The notes: a model not told the origin generated them from the sequence alone. Numbered from the stretch's first letter, positions 1-9,479 are shown. The stretch is 64,000 bases of DNA from an uncultured Azoarcus sp. (GCA_964435845.1 CAYTAY010000001.1:153-64152); one strand, 5' to 3'. Numbers and translations: made by a program.

Positions 1-1391
1 CGGATCTGCCGCTCCAGGCCATTACACGCGTTGCGCCTGAATCCGGTCCGTTGGCGGTCTCAGGCCCGGGGTCGCGTCTATTGTCGGCCAATGCGGCGGC
101 GCAGGCGCTCGGCGTAAGAGCCGGCACCGGCGTGACCGACGCACTGGCGACCGCGCCGCAACTCGAACTGCGCCCGTGCGACCCGGCACTGGAACGCGAA
201 GCGCTGAACACGCTCGCCATCACGGCATGCCGATTCACACCCTCGGTCAGCCTCCAGACACCCGACACCGCGCTCATCGAAGTGTCATCCTGCCTGAAGC
301 TCTTCGGCAACGTCCGGGCCATCGTCCAGCAGGCAACAGAAGCATGCCAGGAGCTTGGCCTGGCCGTCGTTCATGCCGCTGCACCAACCCCGCTGGCCGC
401 CCACTGGCTGGCAAGCTACGTCCCTGGCCTCGTCGTCGGGCCTCGCGCCGGCTGGCAGAAGGTGCTGGACAAGCTGCCGGTTCAGGCCTTGGCCTGCGGC
501 ACCGAGGTTGCAGAGTCGGTCATCGAACTGCTGGCCGGTGTCGGCATCGACACTATCGACCGACTGCAGACCCTGCCGCGCGAAGGGCTGGCCCGCCGAC
601 AGGCCCGCAGCGTGCTCGACGCCCTGGCCCGGGCCCAGGGTTACACCCCCGACCCACGCCGCTGGTTCACCCCGCCCGCGCGCTTTTCCGTGCACATCAA
701 CCTCCCTGCCCCGACACAGGACGTCGAGCCCCTGTTCTTCGCCTGCGACCGCCTGTTCACCGATCTCGTCGCCTGGCTGAAGGCAGGCCACGCCGCGACC
801 GACCAATGCATGCTGCATCTCGAGCATGAACGCCATCCCACGAGCAAGCTCGAGATCATCGCCGCCGCACCCACCCAGGACAAACGTCGCTGGCTGACCA
901 TCGCACGCGAGCGACTCGCCGTAACCACACTGGCCGCACCGGTCGAAACCCTCCGCCTCGAAGCCGAGGGAACGCTCAAAATCCAGCAAGCCTCCGCCGA
1001 CCTCTTCGGCGATCCGACGCAGGACGACGAGGCCGCCGGCCACCTGCTGGAACGCCTGCGCGCCCGTTTTGGCGCCCAATCGGTGCACGCCCTGCGCACC
1101 TGGCCCGACCACCGCCCGGAAAAAGCCTGGCGCTGTGCAGAACCCGGTGCAGACTATCCAGCCCTGCCCGGCAAGCGCCCGCTGTGGCTGCTGCCTCAGC
1201 CCAGGCCGCTGCAAGGCGTCGAGGCTTTCTGCATCGAAGCCGGCCCGGAGCGTATTGAAACCGGCTGGTGGGACGGCGAAGAAGTCCTCCGAGACTACTA
1301 CGTCGCCCGCGCCCCCGACGCCTCACGGCTGTGGATCTTCCGCGACCTCAGAACATCCCGGGGCTGGTTCGTGCACGGCTATTTTGGTTAA
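1..1391 (+). CDS. imuB: ImuB-like inactive Y-family DNA polymerase (mutasome accessory protein), 5'-truncated by the window edge
   Basis: Frame is open from position 3 (DLPLQAI...) to TAA 1389-1391. Typical ImuB motifs: ANAAAQALGVRAG, RFTPSV, LLERLRARFG, DHRPE, RPLWLL, GPERIETGWWD, RDYY, WFVHGYF. Confidence 0.9.
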   Translation, partial: DLPLQAITRVAPESGPLAVSGPGSRLLSANAAAQALGVRAGTGVTDALATAPQLELRPCDPALEREALNTLAITACRFTPSVSLQTPDTALIEVSSCLKLFGNVRAIVQQATEACQELGLAVVHAAAPTPLAAHWLASYVPGLVVGPRAGWQKVLDKLPVQALACGTEVAESVIELLAGVGIDTIDRLQTLPREGLARRQARSVLDALARAQGYTPDPRRWFTPPARFSVHINLPAPTQDVEPLFFACDRLFTDLVAWLKAGHAATDQCMLHLEHERHPTSKLEIIAAAPTQDKRRWLTIARERLAVTTLAAPVETLRLEAEGTLKIQQASADLFGDPTQDDEAAGHLLERLRARFGAQSVHALRTWPDHRPEKAWRCAEPGADYPALPGKRPLWLLPQPRPLQGVEAFCIEAGPERIETGWWDGEEVLRDYYVARAPDASRLWIFRDLRTSRGWFVHGYFG

Positions 1392-1660
1392 GTTTATGAA
1401 CATCCGTATTTTTTCGCGGCACAACACCACCATCAAGCCCAAATACACGCGCCGGCCCGGAAAGCGCACCGACTGTGAGGTCGAGCGCCACCGGCAATGC
1501 GCACAGCAAAAGCTCAACCGCGGTTCAAGGTAAAGGCTGCTAGCTCAGTGCAGGCCGGATCGACGATAATCCCGGACCTTGACCGCTTTGGTGGGCAAGT
1601 TTGCCCTCTTCCTGGCCGTATCGACCACGACCCTGCGCAATGCCCGAAAGACTCAGCCCA

Positions 1661-4600
1661 ATGCTACCCCTGTTCGCCAGTCTGCAGCTTCCCGCCAAAG
1701 GCGGCAAAACGAGACTTCCGTCCCTGGCCGGTTCGGCCGACGCGCTCGCTCTGGCGGCGCTGGCCAGTCATGGCCGCACGCAGATCGTCATCTGCGCCAA
1801 CCCGCTCGACGCCCAGCGCTTGCATGACGAACTCGCCTGGGTGGCGCCCTCACTGCGCACCCACTTGCTGCCCGACTGGGAGACGCTGCCGTACGACGGC
1901 TTTTCTCCACATCAGGACCTGATCTCCGAGCGCCTGTCCACGCTCTACTCGCTCGCTCAGGGGCAGACTGACATCGTGCTGGTGCCGGCCAGCACCGCGC
2001 TCTACCGCATGGCGCCGCCGGCGTTTCTCGCCGCCTACACTTTCTTTCTCAAACAGGGCGAAACCCTGGACGTCGAGCGTCTGCGCGCCCAGATGGCCAC
2101 CGCCGGATATGCCCATGTGACCCAGGTCGTCAGTCCGGGCGAGTTCTCGGTGCGCGGCGGCCTGATCGACCTTTTCCCGATGGGCGCAGCCCTGCCCTAC
2201 CGGATCGACCTCTTCGACGACGAAGTCGAGAGCATCAAGACCTTCGATCCGGATAGCCAGCGCACCGTCTATCCGGTGCCCGAAATCCGGATGCTGCCGG
2301 CGCGCGAGTTTCCGCTGGACGAGGCTGGACGCACCCGCTTTCGCAGCCGCTTTCGCGAGACCTTCGAGGGTGACCCGTCGCGGGTAACCCTCTACAAGGA
2401 TGTCTCCAACGGTATCGCGCCGCCCGGGATCGAGTACTTCCTACCGTTATTCTTCGAAAGCACCGCGCATCTGTTCGACTACCTTCCTGCCGATGCCGCA
2501 GTGGTGCTGCATCATGACGTGCCCAAGGCGATCGAGGAGTTCTGGCGTGACACGCGTTCGCGCTACGACTTTCTCAAGGGTGACCGCAGCCGGCCAGTCA
2601 TGCCGCCGGAGACACTGTTTCTCTCCCAGGAGGACTTCTATCTCGCGCTCGGGGTGCGCCCCCGCCTCCTCGTCGCCGAAGCCACTGGTGAGGGGGAGCC
2701 GCTCGCGAGCGCCCTGCCGGATGTGTCGGTAGACCGCAAGGCTGACGACCCCTTGCATCGGTTCAAAGCGTTTCTGGCGAGCGACTGGGCTGCGGGGGAC
2801 GGGCGGGTGTTGGCCTTGGCCGAATCCGCCGGCCGGCGGGAAACCATGGTGGAATATTTCGCCGAATACGGGCTCAAGCCGGATGCCGTGGGCGATTTCG
2901 ATGAGTTCATCGACTCCGGAAGTGGTTTCTCGCTCACGACCGGCCCCTTGTCAGCCGGTTTCCTGCTCAAGGTGCCCGGCATTGCCGTCGTCACGGAGAC
3001 GGAACTCTACGCGACCACTGCGCGCGTGCGCAGCCGTCGGGATCACCGCAAGGCGGCCACCATGGAAGGCTGGCTGCGGGATCTCTCCGAGCTGAAACCC
3101 GGCGATCCGGTGGTGCATGTTGCGCACGGCGTCGGACGCTACGCGGGGCTGATCCACATGGATCTCGGTGAAGGCGACACCGAGTTCCTGCATCTCGAGT
3201 ACGCCAACGGCGACAAGCTCTACGTGCCGGTGTCGCAGCTTCACGTGATCACCCGCTACGCCGGCGCAGACCCGGACAGCGTGGCACTGCATCGGCTCGG
3301 CAGCGGCCAGTGGGAGAAGGCAAAGAAAAAAGCGGCCATGCAGGTACGCGATACCGCAGCCGAACTGCTCGCACTTTATGCCCGCCGCGCAGCCCGGGCC
3401 GGGCACCGCTTCGATTTCAAGCAGCACGACCTCGAAGCTTTCGCCGAAGGTTTCGGCTTCGAAACCACGCCCGACCAGCAGGGCGCAATCGACGCCGTCA
3501 TCGGCGACATGCGCTCCGGACGCCCCATGGACCGGCTGGTGTGCGGCGACGTCGGTTTTGGCAAGACCGAAGTCGCACTGCGCGCGGCCTTCGTCGCGGT
3601 GGTCGATGGCAAGCAGGTCGCGGTGCTCACCCCCACCACCCTACTTGCTGAACAGCATTGGCAGACCTTCTCCGATCGCTTCGCCGACTGGCCGATCAAG
3701 ATCGCCGAGCTGTCGCGCTTCAAGTCGGCCAAGGAACAGAACGAAGCCCTTCAGCAACTTGCCGAAGGCAAGGTGGACATCATCATCGGCACGCACCGGC
3801 TGCTGCAGAAGGACGTCAAGTTTGCACGGCTGGGCCTGGTCATCATCGACGAAGAGCACCGTTTCGGTGTGCGCCAGAAGGAGGCGCTGAAAACCCTGCG
3901 CAGCGAGGTCGATATTCTGACCCTCACTGCAACGCCCATCCCCCGCACCCTCGGGCTCGCGCTGGAAGGCATGCGCGAGTTCTCGGTGATCGCAACACCG
4001 CCGCAGAGGCGCTTGTCGATCAAGACCTTCGTCCAACACTACAGCAAGGGGATTGTGCGCGAGGCGGTGCTGCGCGAGTTCAAGCGCGGCGGCCAAGTAT
4101 ACTTCCTGCACAACGAGGTCGACACCATCGAGAACATGCGCCAGAGCCTCGAAGAACTCGTGCCGGAGGCACGTATCGTCGTCGGTCACGGTCAGCTGCC
4201 CGAGCGCGAACTCGAGCGCGTGATGCGCGAGTTTACCCAGCAGCGCGTCAACCTGCTGTTGTGCACCACCATCATCGAAACGGGCATCGACATCCCCACC
4301 GCCAACACCATCATCATCAACCGTGCCGACCGTTTTGGCCTCGCACAGCTGCACCAGTTGCGCGGCCGGGTCGGACGAAGCCACCATCAGGCGTACGCTT
4401 ATCTCCTGACTGACGCCCATGCCAAGCCCAGCGCCGGCGCCCAGAAGCGGCTGGAGGCGATCACCCTGATGGAAGACCTCGGCGCCGGTTTTTATCTTGC
4501 GATGCACGACCTGGAGATTCGCGGTGCCGGCGAGGTGCTCGGCGAGAACCAGTCTGGCGAGATTCAGCAAGTCGGCTTCTCGCTGTACACCGAAATGCTC

Positions 4601-5095
4601 AAGCGCGCGGTGCGCGACCTGCAGGCGGGCAAGGAACCCGACTTGTCGCAGCCGCTGGAGGTGGTCTCCGAGATCAACCTACATACCCCGGCGCTGTTGC
4701 CCAGCGACTATTGCCCGGACGTGCAGGAGCGCCTCACGCTCTACAAGCGCCTCGCCAACTGTGAGACCGAAACCGATCTGCGGGCGCTTCAGGAAGAGCT
4801 CATCGACCGTTTCGGCCAACTTCCGGTGCAAACCCAGAGCCTGCTCGAAACCCACCGGCTGCGCATAATGGTCAGCCCTTACGAGGTACTCAAGCTGGAC
4901 GCTTCCGACGCGCAGCTCTCGATCCAGTTCGGGCCGGGTGCACCGATCGACCCGGCCAAGGTCATCTTTCTCATTCAGAAGGATCCGACCACCCGAATGG
5001 TCGGCCCGGACCGTCTGGTTAGGAGGGTTGCGATTGCAGACCTGCGCAAGCGCGGCCAAGCGGTGCGCGAGATGATCGATGCGATCAAGGCCTGA
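1661..5095 (+). CDS. mfd: Transcription-repair coupling factor Mfd
   Basis: PDWETLPYD, DRLVCGDVGFGKTEVA (Walker A), DEEH, TATPIPRT, QLHQLRGRVGR, C-terminal TRCF domain. Start chosen at ATG 1661; ATG 1640 is an alternative. Confidence 0.97.
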   Translation: MLPLFASLQLPAKGGKTRLPSLAGSADALALAALASHGRTQIVICANPLDAQRLHDELAWVAPSLRTHLLPDWETLPYDGFSPHQDLISERLSTLYSLAQGQTDIVLVPASTALYRMAPPAFLAAYTFFLKQGETLDVERLRAQMATAGYAHVTQVVSPGEFSVRGGLIDLFPMGAALPYRIDLFDDEVESIKTFDPDSQRTVYPVPEIRMLPAREFPLDEAGRTRFRSRFRETFEGDPSRVTLYKDVSNGIAPPGIEYFLPLFFESTAHLFDYLPADAAVVLHHDVPKAIEEFWRDTRSRYDFLKGDRSRPVMPPETLFLSQEDFYLALGVRPRLLVAEATGEGEPLASALPDVSVDRKADDPLHRFKAFLASDWAAGDGRVLALAESAGRRETMVEYFAEYGLKPDAVGDFDEFIDSGSGFSLTTGPLSAGFLLKVPGIAVVTETELYATTARVRSRRDHRKAATMEGWLRDLSELKPGDPVVHVAHGVGRYAGLIHMDLGEGDTEFLHLEYANGDKLYVPVSQLHVITRYAGADPDSVALHRLGSGQWEKAKKKAAMQVRDTAAELLALYARRAARAGHRFDFKQHDLEAFAEGFGFETTPDQQGAIDAVIGDMRSGRPMDRLVCGDVGFGKTEVALRAAFVAVVDGKQVAVLTPTTLLAEQHWQTFSDRFADWPIKIAELSRFKSAKEQNEALQQLAEGKVDIIIGTHRLLQKDVKFARLGLVIIDEEHRFGVRQKEALKTLRSEVDILTLTATPIPRTLGLALEGMREFSVIATPPQRRLSIKTFVQHYSKGIVREAVLREFKRGGQVYFLHNEVDTIENMRQSLEELVPEARIVVGHGQLPERELERVMREFTQQRVNLLLCTTIIETGIDIPTANTIIINRADRFGLAQLHQLRGRVGRSHHQAYAYLLTDAHAKPSAGAQKRLEAITLMEDLGAGFYLAMHDLEIRGAGEVLGENQSGEIQQVGFSLYTEMLKRAVRDLQAGKEPDLSQPLEVVSEINLHTPALLPSDYCPDVQERLTLYKRLANCETETDLRALQEELIDRFGQLPVQTQSLLETHRLRIMVSPYEVLKLDASDAQLSIQFGPGAPIDPAKVIFLIQKDPTTRMVGPDRLVRRVAIADLRKRGQAVREMIDAIKA

Positions 5096-5115
5096 ACACC
5101 GGCAAGAGAGACGTC

Positions 5116-6174
5116 ATGGATAACTACACCCGTCCCATCGAAGAACGTATCGACTGGTTGTTCGAACATGCCCGGCGGCATTCGGTGGAATTCAGCAGCC
5201 CCGAGACCTGGTTGGCGCAGAAACGCTACCTCGCCGAGCATCCGACCGCGATCTCGGTGTTCAAGTGCATGGATGGCCGGATCAACCTATCGGTGGCGAC
5301 CGCCACGCCGATCGGCATCATCCAGCCCTTCAGAAATCTCGGTGGGCGGTTCGATCTGGGCTGGCCGCACCTCGGCGAGGTCTACGCGAACCATGTGGGT
5401 CACGTCGTCGGCGAGGGTCGGCGGGTGCTCACGCTGATTACCTATCACTACTCCATGGGCGATCCCAAGCGCGGCTGCGCCGGTTTCGACTACGATACGG
5501 ATGCGGCGATCGCTCATGCGCATGAAGTCAAGACACAACTGGAGTTTGCGTTCGGGAGCGCACACGGCACTGTCTATCCTGTGGTGTGCGGGTTCGAAAC
5601 CGATGCCGATGCGCTCGTGCTGCACGGCGCAAATGGCGAAACCCTGGACCTTTCATCGCTCACTGAGGGAGACCAACCTTCAATGCCGGTTCTGCTCGGG
5701 CGCCTGTTCCCGGACATGCACGAGCAGGTAAGAAAGGATCTGCTCCCGCTCGTTGCCGGCAATCTCGGGCACATCGCGTCGGTCAGGCGGACCAAACGAG
5801 AGATCGATGCCGAGCACCGCGAGTGGATGCTTTGCATCGGGCGCGGTTTCGACTGGTTGCACTTGCCAAACCGGGCGCTGATCATCGGACCCTACAGCCC
5901 AAACCTCGCCGATCCCATTCGCAAGGCGGCAATCATCATTCACGCCAACATGCAACGAGGCCGAATCCCCGACGACGGCTTCCTGTTGCTCGCCACGGTG
6001 CCCTACTACGAGATCGGCAGCGACCGGGCCCGGGCCGAGCTCAAAAGCCGTTTCATGTGCCGCTTCGCTTCTGATGTGATCCGCGCCGAGTTCCCGGAGA
6101 TGGCGGAGCGCATGCACGTGCGGGCCGCGGTTCTGGACTGGCGCACGCGAGCGCTCGAAGCGATCGCAATCTGA
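5116..6174 (+). CDS. CsoSCA-like (carboxysome-shell-type) beta-class carbonic anhydrase homologue, stand-alone
   Basis: C51-x-D53-x-R55 (KCMDGR) and H111-x9-C121 (YHYSMGDPKRGCAG) with the long His-Cys loop of CsoSCA rather than HxxC. C-terminal EHREWMLCIGRGFD resembles the CsoSCA C-terminal domain. Confidence 0.75.
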   Translation: MDNYTRPIEERIDWLFEHARRHSVEFSSPETWLAQKRYLAEHPTAISVFKCMDGRINLSVATATPIGIIQPFRNLGGRFDLGWPHLGEVYANHVGHVVGEGRRVLTLITYHYSMGDPKRGCAGFDYDTDAAIAHAHEVKTQLEFAFGSAHGTVYPVVCGFETDADALVLHGANGETLDLSSLTEGDQPSMPVLLGRLFPDMHEQVRKDLLPLVAGNLGHIASVRRTKREIDAEHREWMLCIGRGFDWLHLPNRALIIGPYSPNLADPIRKAAIIIHANMQRGRIPDDGFLLLATVPYYEIGSDRARAELKSRFMCRFASDVIRAEFPEMAERMHVRAAVLDWRTRALEAIAI

Positions 6175-6207
6175 GCCTCGAGGCTGGAAGCTCGATCTCG
6201 AGAGCAA

Positions 6208-7215
6208 TCAATCCACGATGCGCAGGTCCAAACGGCGCAGCAGGGCACGGTCGCGGCCCGAAGCGGGATTGGGCGTGGTCAGCAAACGGTCGCCGAAAAA
6301 AATGGCGTTTGCACCGGCCATGAAGCACAGCGCCTGCAGCGCGTCTTCCATATTTTCGCGCCCGGCTGAGAGCCTTACTCGGGCGCGAGGCATGGTGATG
6401 CGCGCGATTGCGACGGTTCGCACGAACTCGAAGGGATCCAGCGGCGCGCTGTCGGCCAGCGGCGTACCGGAGACCGGCACAAGATTATTGATCGGTACCG
6501 ACTCCGGGTAGGGGTCGAGATTGGCCAGCTCGGCAATCAGTGCAGCACGATGGCTGCGCGTCTCGCCCATGCCGACGATGCCGCCGCTGCACACTTGCAG
6601 GCCAGCGCCGCGCACGTTCGCCAGGGTTTCCAGGCGTTCCTGGTAGCTGCGTGTACTGATCACCTGACCGTAATACTCAGGCGCGGTGTCGAGGTTGTGG
6701 TTGTAGTAATCCAGTCCGGCGTCACGCAACTGTGCCGCCTGGGTCGCGTCAAGCATGCCCAGCGTCATGCAGGTTTCCATGCCGAGGGCCTTCACTTCGC
6801 GCACCATTTCGACAATGCGCGCCATGTCACGCGCCTTGGGAGTGCGCCATGCGGCCCCCATGCAGAAGCGTGTCGCGCCCTGCGCGCGCGCCGCCTGTGC
6901 CGTTTCCACCACCTCGGCGAGCGGCATCAGCCTGGTCGCCTTCACCCCGGTGTCGAAATGAGCCGACTGTGAGCAGTAGCCACAGTCTTCCGCGCAACCG
7001 CCGGTCTTGACCGACAACAGGGTGGACAATTGGATTTCGTTGGCGTCGAAGTGCTCCCGATGCACACCATGGGCCCGATGCACCAAGTCCATGAAAGGAA
7101 GCGCGAACAGGGTCTCGACCTCGGCCACTTGCCATTGTCCGCTTCGAGGGACATGCGCGTGAGGGCGACGTGTGGCACGTAGCGCGTCGGGCGAAACAAC
7201 AGTATGAGGGGGCAT
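6208..7215 (-). CDS. bioB: Biotin synthase (radical SAM)
   Basis: [15 protein letters not shown] (CxxxCxxC), [35 protein letters not shown] upstream. Confidence 0.97.
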   Translation of the reverse strand: MPPHTVVSPDALRATRRPHAHVPRSGQWQVAEVETLFALPFMDLVHRAHGVHREHFDANEIQLSTLLSVKTGGCAEDCGYCSQSAHFDTGVKATRLMPLAEVVETAQAARAQGATRFCMGAAWRTPKARDMARIVEMVREVKALGMETCMTLGMLDATQAAQLRDAGLDYYNHNLDTAPEYYGQVISTRSYQERLETLANVRGAGLQVCSGGIVGMGETRSHRAALIAELANLDPYPESVPINNLVPVSGTPLADSAPLDPFEFVRTVAIARITMPRARVRLSAGRENMEDALQALCFMAGANAIFFGDRLLTTPNPASGRDRALLRRLDLRIVD

Positions 7216-7276
7216 GAATTGACCTCCAGATCAGCGTGGATTGATTGGCCTTGCGGGGACGCACGCCAGCCGCTGA

Positions 7277-7305
7277 AAACTATGCGTGTCGGAGGCTACG
7301 GTCAA
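7277..7305 (-). promoter_or_regulatory. Putative sigma70 promoter of bioB (TTGACC-17 bp-TAGTTT)
   Basis: Minus strand: -35 TTGACC at 7305-7300, 17-bp spacer, -10 TAGTTT at 7282-7277, about 60 bp upstream of the ATG. Confidence 0.55.
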
Positions 7306-7464
7306 TCGGGGCAACCCTGATAAGCGGGGTCGCACCGCCCCACGGCGCACGACCTTGCGCCTGTCGAGAACAAGCGTTGGTGAATGCGCCACGCTCACCC
7401 TCAGGCTCGGAGTTCATGACGCGTTCGCTGTACAATGCGATGATTTTGCAGCGCTCGGAGCCGA

Positions 7465-8547
7465 ATGATGAGCATCGCCCAGACCGAAAACCTCAACATC
7501 ATCGCAGTAGACCACATGCCGTCGCCGCTCGAGATCCAGTCCCGGGTGCCATTGTCGGAGCGCGCAGCCGCGACCGTGCTCAAGGGGCGCAAGGCGCTGG
7601 CCGACATCCTCGATCGCCGGGACCAGCGCATTTTCGTCGTGCTCGGCCCTTGTTCCATCCATGATCCGGTTGCCGGTCTCGACTATGCCCACCGGCTCAA
7701 GACGCTGGCCGACGAGGTCTCCGAGCAGATCCTGCTGGTGATGCGGGTGTATTTCGAAAAACCGCGCACCTCCGTCGGCTGGAAAGGTTTCATCAACGAC
7801 CCGTACATGGATGATTCCTTCCGCATCGACGAAGGCATGGAAAAGGCCCGTCGATTCCTGCTGGATTTGAACGAGGTCGGTCTGCCTGCCGGCACCGAAG
7901 CGCTCGACCCCATTGGACCGCAGTATTACGGCGACCTGATCTCGTGGACTGCGATCGGCGCCAGGACGTCCGAATCCCAGACCCACCGCGAAATGTCTTC
8001 CGGGCTCTCATCACCGGTTGGTTTCAAGAATGCCACCGACGGCGATCTCGACGTGGCGATCAATGCGATTCTGTCGGCCGCGAATCCGCACAGCTTTCTG
8101 GGCATCAGTCCCAAGGGCGAGACTGCCATCCTGCGTACCCGTGGCAACCGCTATGGCCACATCGTGCTCCGTGGTGGTGGCGGAAGACCGAACTACGATA
8201 CGGTATCGGTTTCGCTCGCCGAGAAGGCCCTTTCCAAGGCGGGCCTGCCGAAGAACATCGTGATCGACTGTTCTCATGCGAACTCGTGGAAGAACCCTGA
8301 ATTACAGTCCCTGGTCATGAAGGATGTCATGCACCAGATCCGCGAGGGCAATCGCTCGATCGTCGGCATGATGGTGGAGAGCCACATCGAGGCCGGCAAT
8401 CAGCCCATTCCCAAGGATCTGACGCAGCTTCGCTACGGCTGCTCGGTGACCGACGCCTGCGTGGACTGGAAAACCACAGAGAACATGATTCGCAGTGCCG
8501 CCAAGGTCCTGCGTGAGGCACCTCGCGGAGCGGACGTGCCCGCATGA
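7465..8547 (+). CDS. aroG: 3-deoxy-7-phosphoheptulonate (DAHP) synthase, class I-alpha (AroF/G/H family)
   Basis: GPCSIHD, MRVYFEKPRT-VGWKG, IGARTSESQTHR, DCSHANS, YGCSVTDAC. Which isozyme (F/G/H) cannot be decided from sequence. Confidence 0.93.
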   Translation: MMSIAQTENLNIIAVDHMPSPLEIQSRVPLSERAAATVLKGRKALADILDRRDQRIFVVLGPCSIHDPVAGLDYAHRLKTLADEVSEQILLVMRVYFEKPRTSVGWKGFINDPYMDDSFRIDEGMEKARRFLLDLNEVGLPAGTEALDPIGPQYYGDLISWTAIGARTSESQTHREMSSGLSSPVGFKNATDGDLDVAINAILSAANPHSFLGISPKGETAILRTRGNRYGHIVLRGGGGRPNYDTVSVSLAEKALSKAGLPKNIVIDCSHANSWKNPELQSLVMKDVMHQIREGNRSIVGMMVESHIEAGNQPIPKDLTQLRYGCSVTDACVDWKTTENMIRSAAKVLREAPRGADVPA

Positions 8548-9374
8548 ATCTGGTTTTACAGGGTAACGACGTCGACAGCGTTGCGCTGAAGGCCGTCGCC
8601 AGAATCACCTCGGCGAGCCGGATCGAACAGATCCACCCGGGTGGATTCCGCCTTGTCGATGCCCACCCCGCCGAAGGGCTGGCTGCCTTGTGCGAGAAAG
8701 CCTGTCTCGACTGGACCTGGGTTCCAGCGGGGCGTCGCCTGTCCGACTTCAGGCTCTTCATTACCGACATGGACTCGACCCTCATCAGCATAGAGTGTAT
8801 TGATGAGGTGGCGGACATGCAGGGTCTCAAGGCCGAGGTTGCACAGATCACCGAGGCGTCGATGCGAGGTGAAATCGATTTCACCCAGTCGTTGATGCAA
8901 CGGGTCGCGCTGCTTGAAGGCTTGCCAGAGCGCGCTCTTGCCGAAGTGTATAAACACCGACTTGCTCTCAACCCGGGCGCCGAACGTCTGCTGCGACATC
9001 TGACCCAAAACGGTATCTACACTGTGCTGGTATCGGGCGGGTTTACCTACTTCACCGATCGACTCAAGGAGCGCCTGGGTTTCGACGAGGCCTATGCGAA
9101 CGAACTCGAAATCCACGAAGGAAAACTGACCGGCAGGGTTTGCGGCCCCGTCGTCGATGGTGCAGCCAAGGCCGCACATCTTTGCAGGATTCGGGACGCC
9201 AAGGGCTTCACAGCCGAACAGGTGATCGCTGCAGGCGACGGCGCCAACGATATCCCGATGATCAGCGCGGCTGGCTTCGGGGTCGCCTATCGCGCAAAGC
9301 CGGTCTTGCGCGCGGCAGCAGACTGCCGCCTCGACCATGTCGGTCTCGACGGTATCCTCACCCTGTTCGAATAG
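8544..9374 (+). CDS. serB: Phosphoserine phosphatase (HAD family)
   Basis: DMDSTLISIECIDE, VSGGF, GDGAND motifs. ATGA overlap with the DAHP synthase stop. Confidence 0.95.
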   Translation: MNLVLQGNDVDSVALKAVARITSASRIEQIHPGGFRLVDAHPAEGLAALCEKACLDWTWVPAGRRLSDFRLFITDMDSTLISIECIDEVADMQGLKAEVAQITEASMRGEIDFTQSLMQRVALLEGLPERALAEVYKHRLALNPGAERLLRHLTQNGIYTVLVSGGFTYFTDRLKERLGFDEAYANELEIHEGKLTGRVCGPVVDGAAKAAHLCRIRDAKGFTAEQVIAAGDGANDIPMISAAGFGVAYRAKPVLRAAADCRLDHVGLDGILTLFE

Positions 9375-9397
9375 CGATTTTCGCCGCTCGCCCTTGC

Positions 9398-9474
9398 TCA
9401 GGTGCGACGGTGCATCCGAAACCCGAGAATCGGGTGAAGCATCGCCTTCCCGAGGCGTTTGCTTCTCGCACTGA
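9398..9474. other. Multi-stem structured intergenic element between convergent serB and yaaA
   Basis: Outer pairing GTGCGA/TCGCAC (plus TCA/TGA) encloses the hairpins CGG/CCG, ACCCGA/TCGGGT and GAAGCA-CGCCT/AGGCG-TGCTTC. Confidence 0.4.
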
Positions 9475-9479
9475 TGGCT

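Noticed and set aside
1396-1533. 45-codon ORF (MNIRIFSRH...) right after imuB
   Set aside because: No RBS, no resemblance to the DnaE2 N-terminus, and no recognisable motif.
1392-1660. LexA box (CTGT-N8-ACAG) near imuB/mfd
   Set aside because: No correctly spaced match seen. The cassette's operator would lie left of the window.
7216-7400. Riboswitch (SAM or cobalamin) upstream of bioB
   Set aside because: No consensus elements recognised, and the predicted promoter leaves only about 55 nt of UTR.
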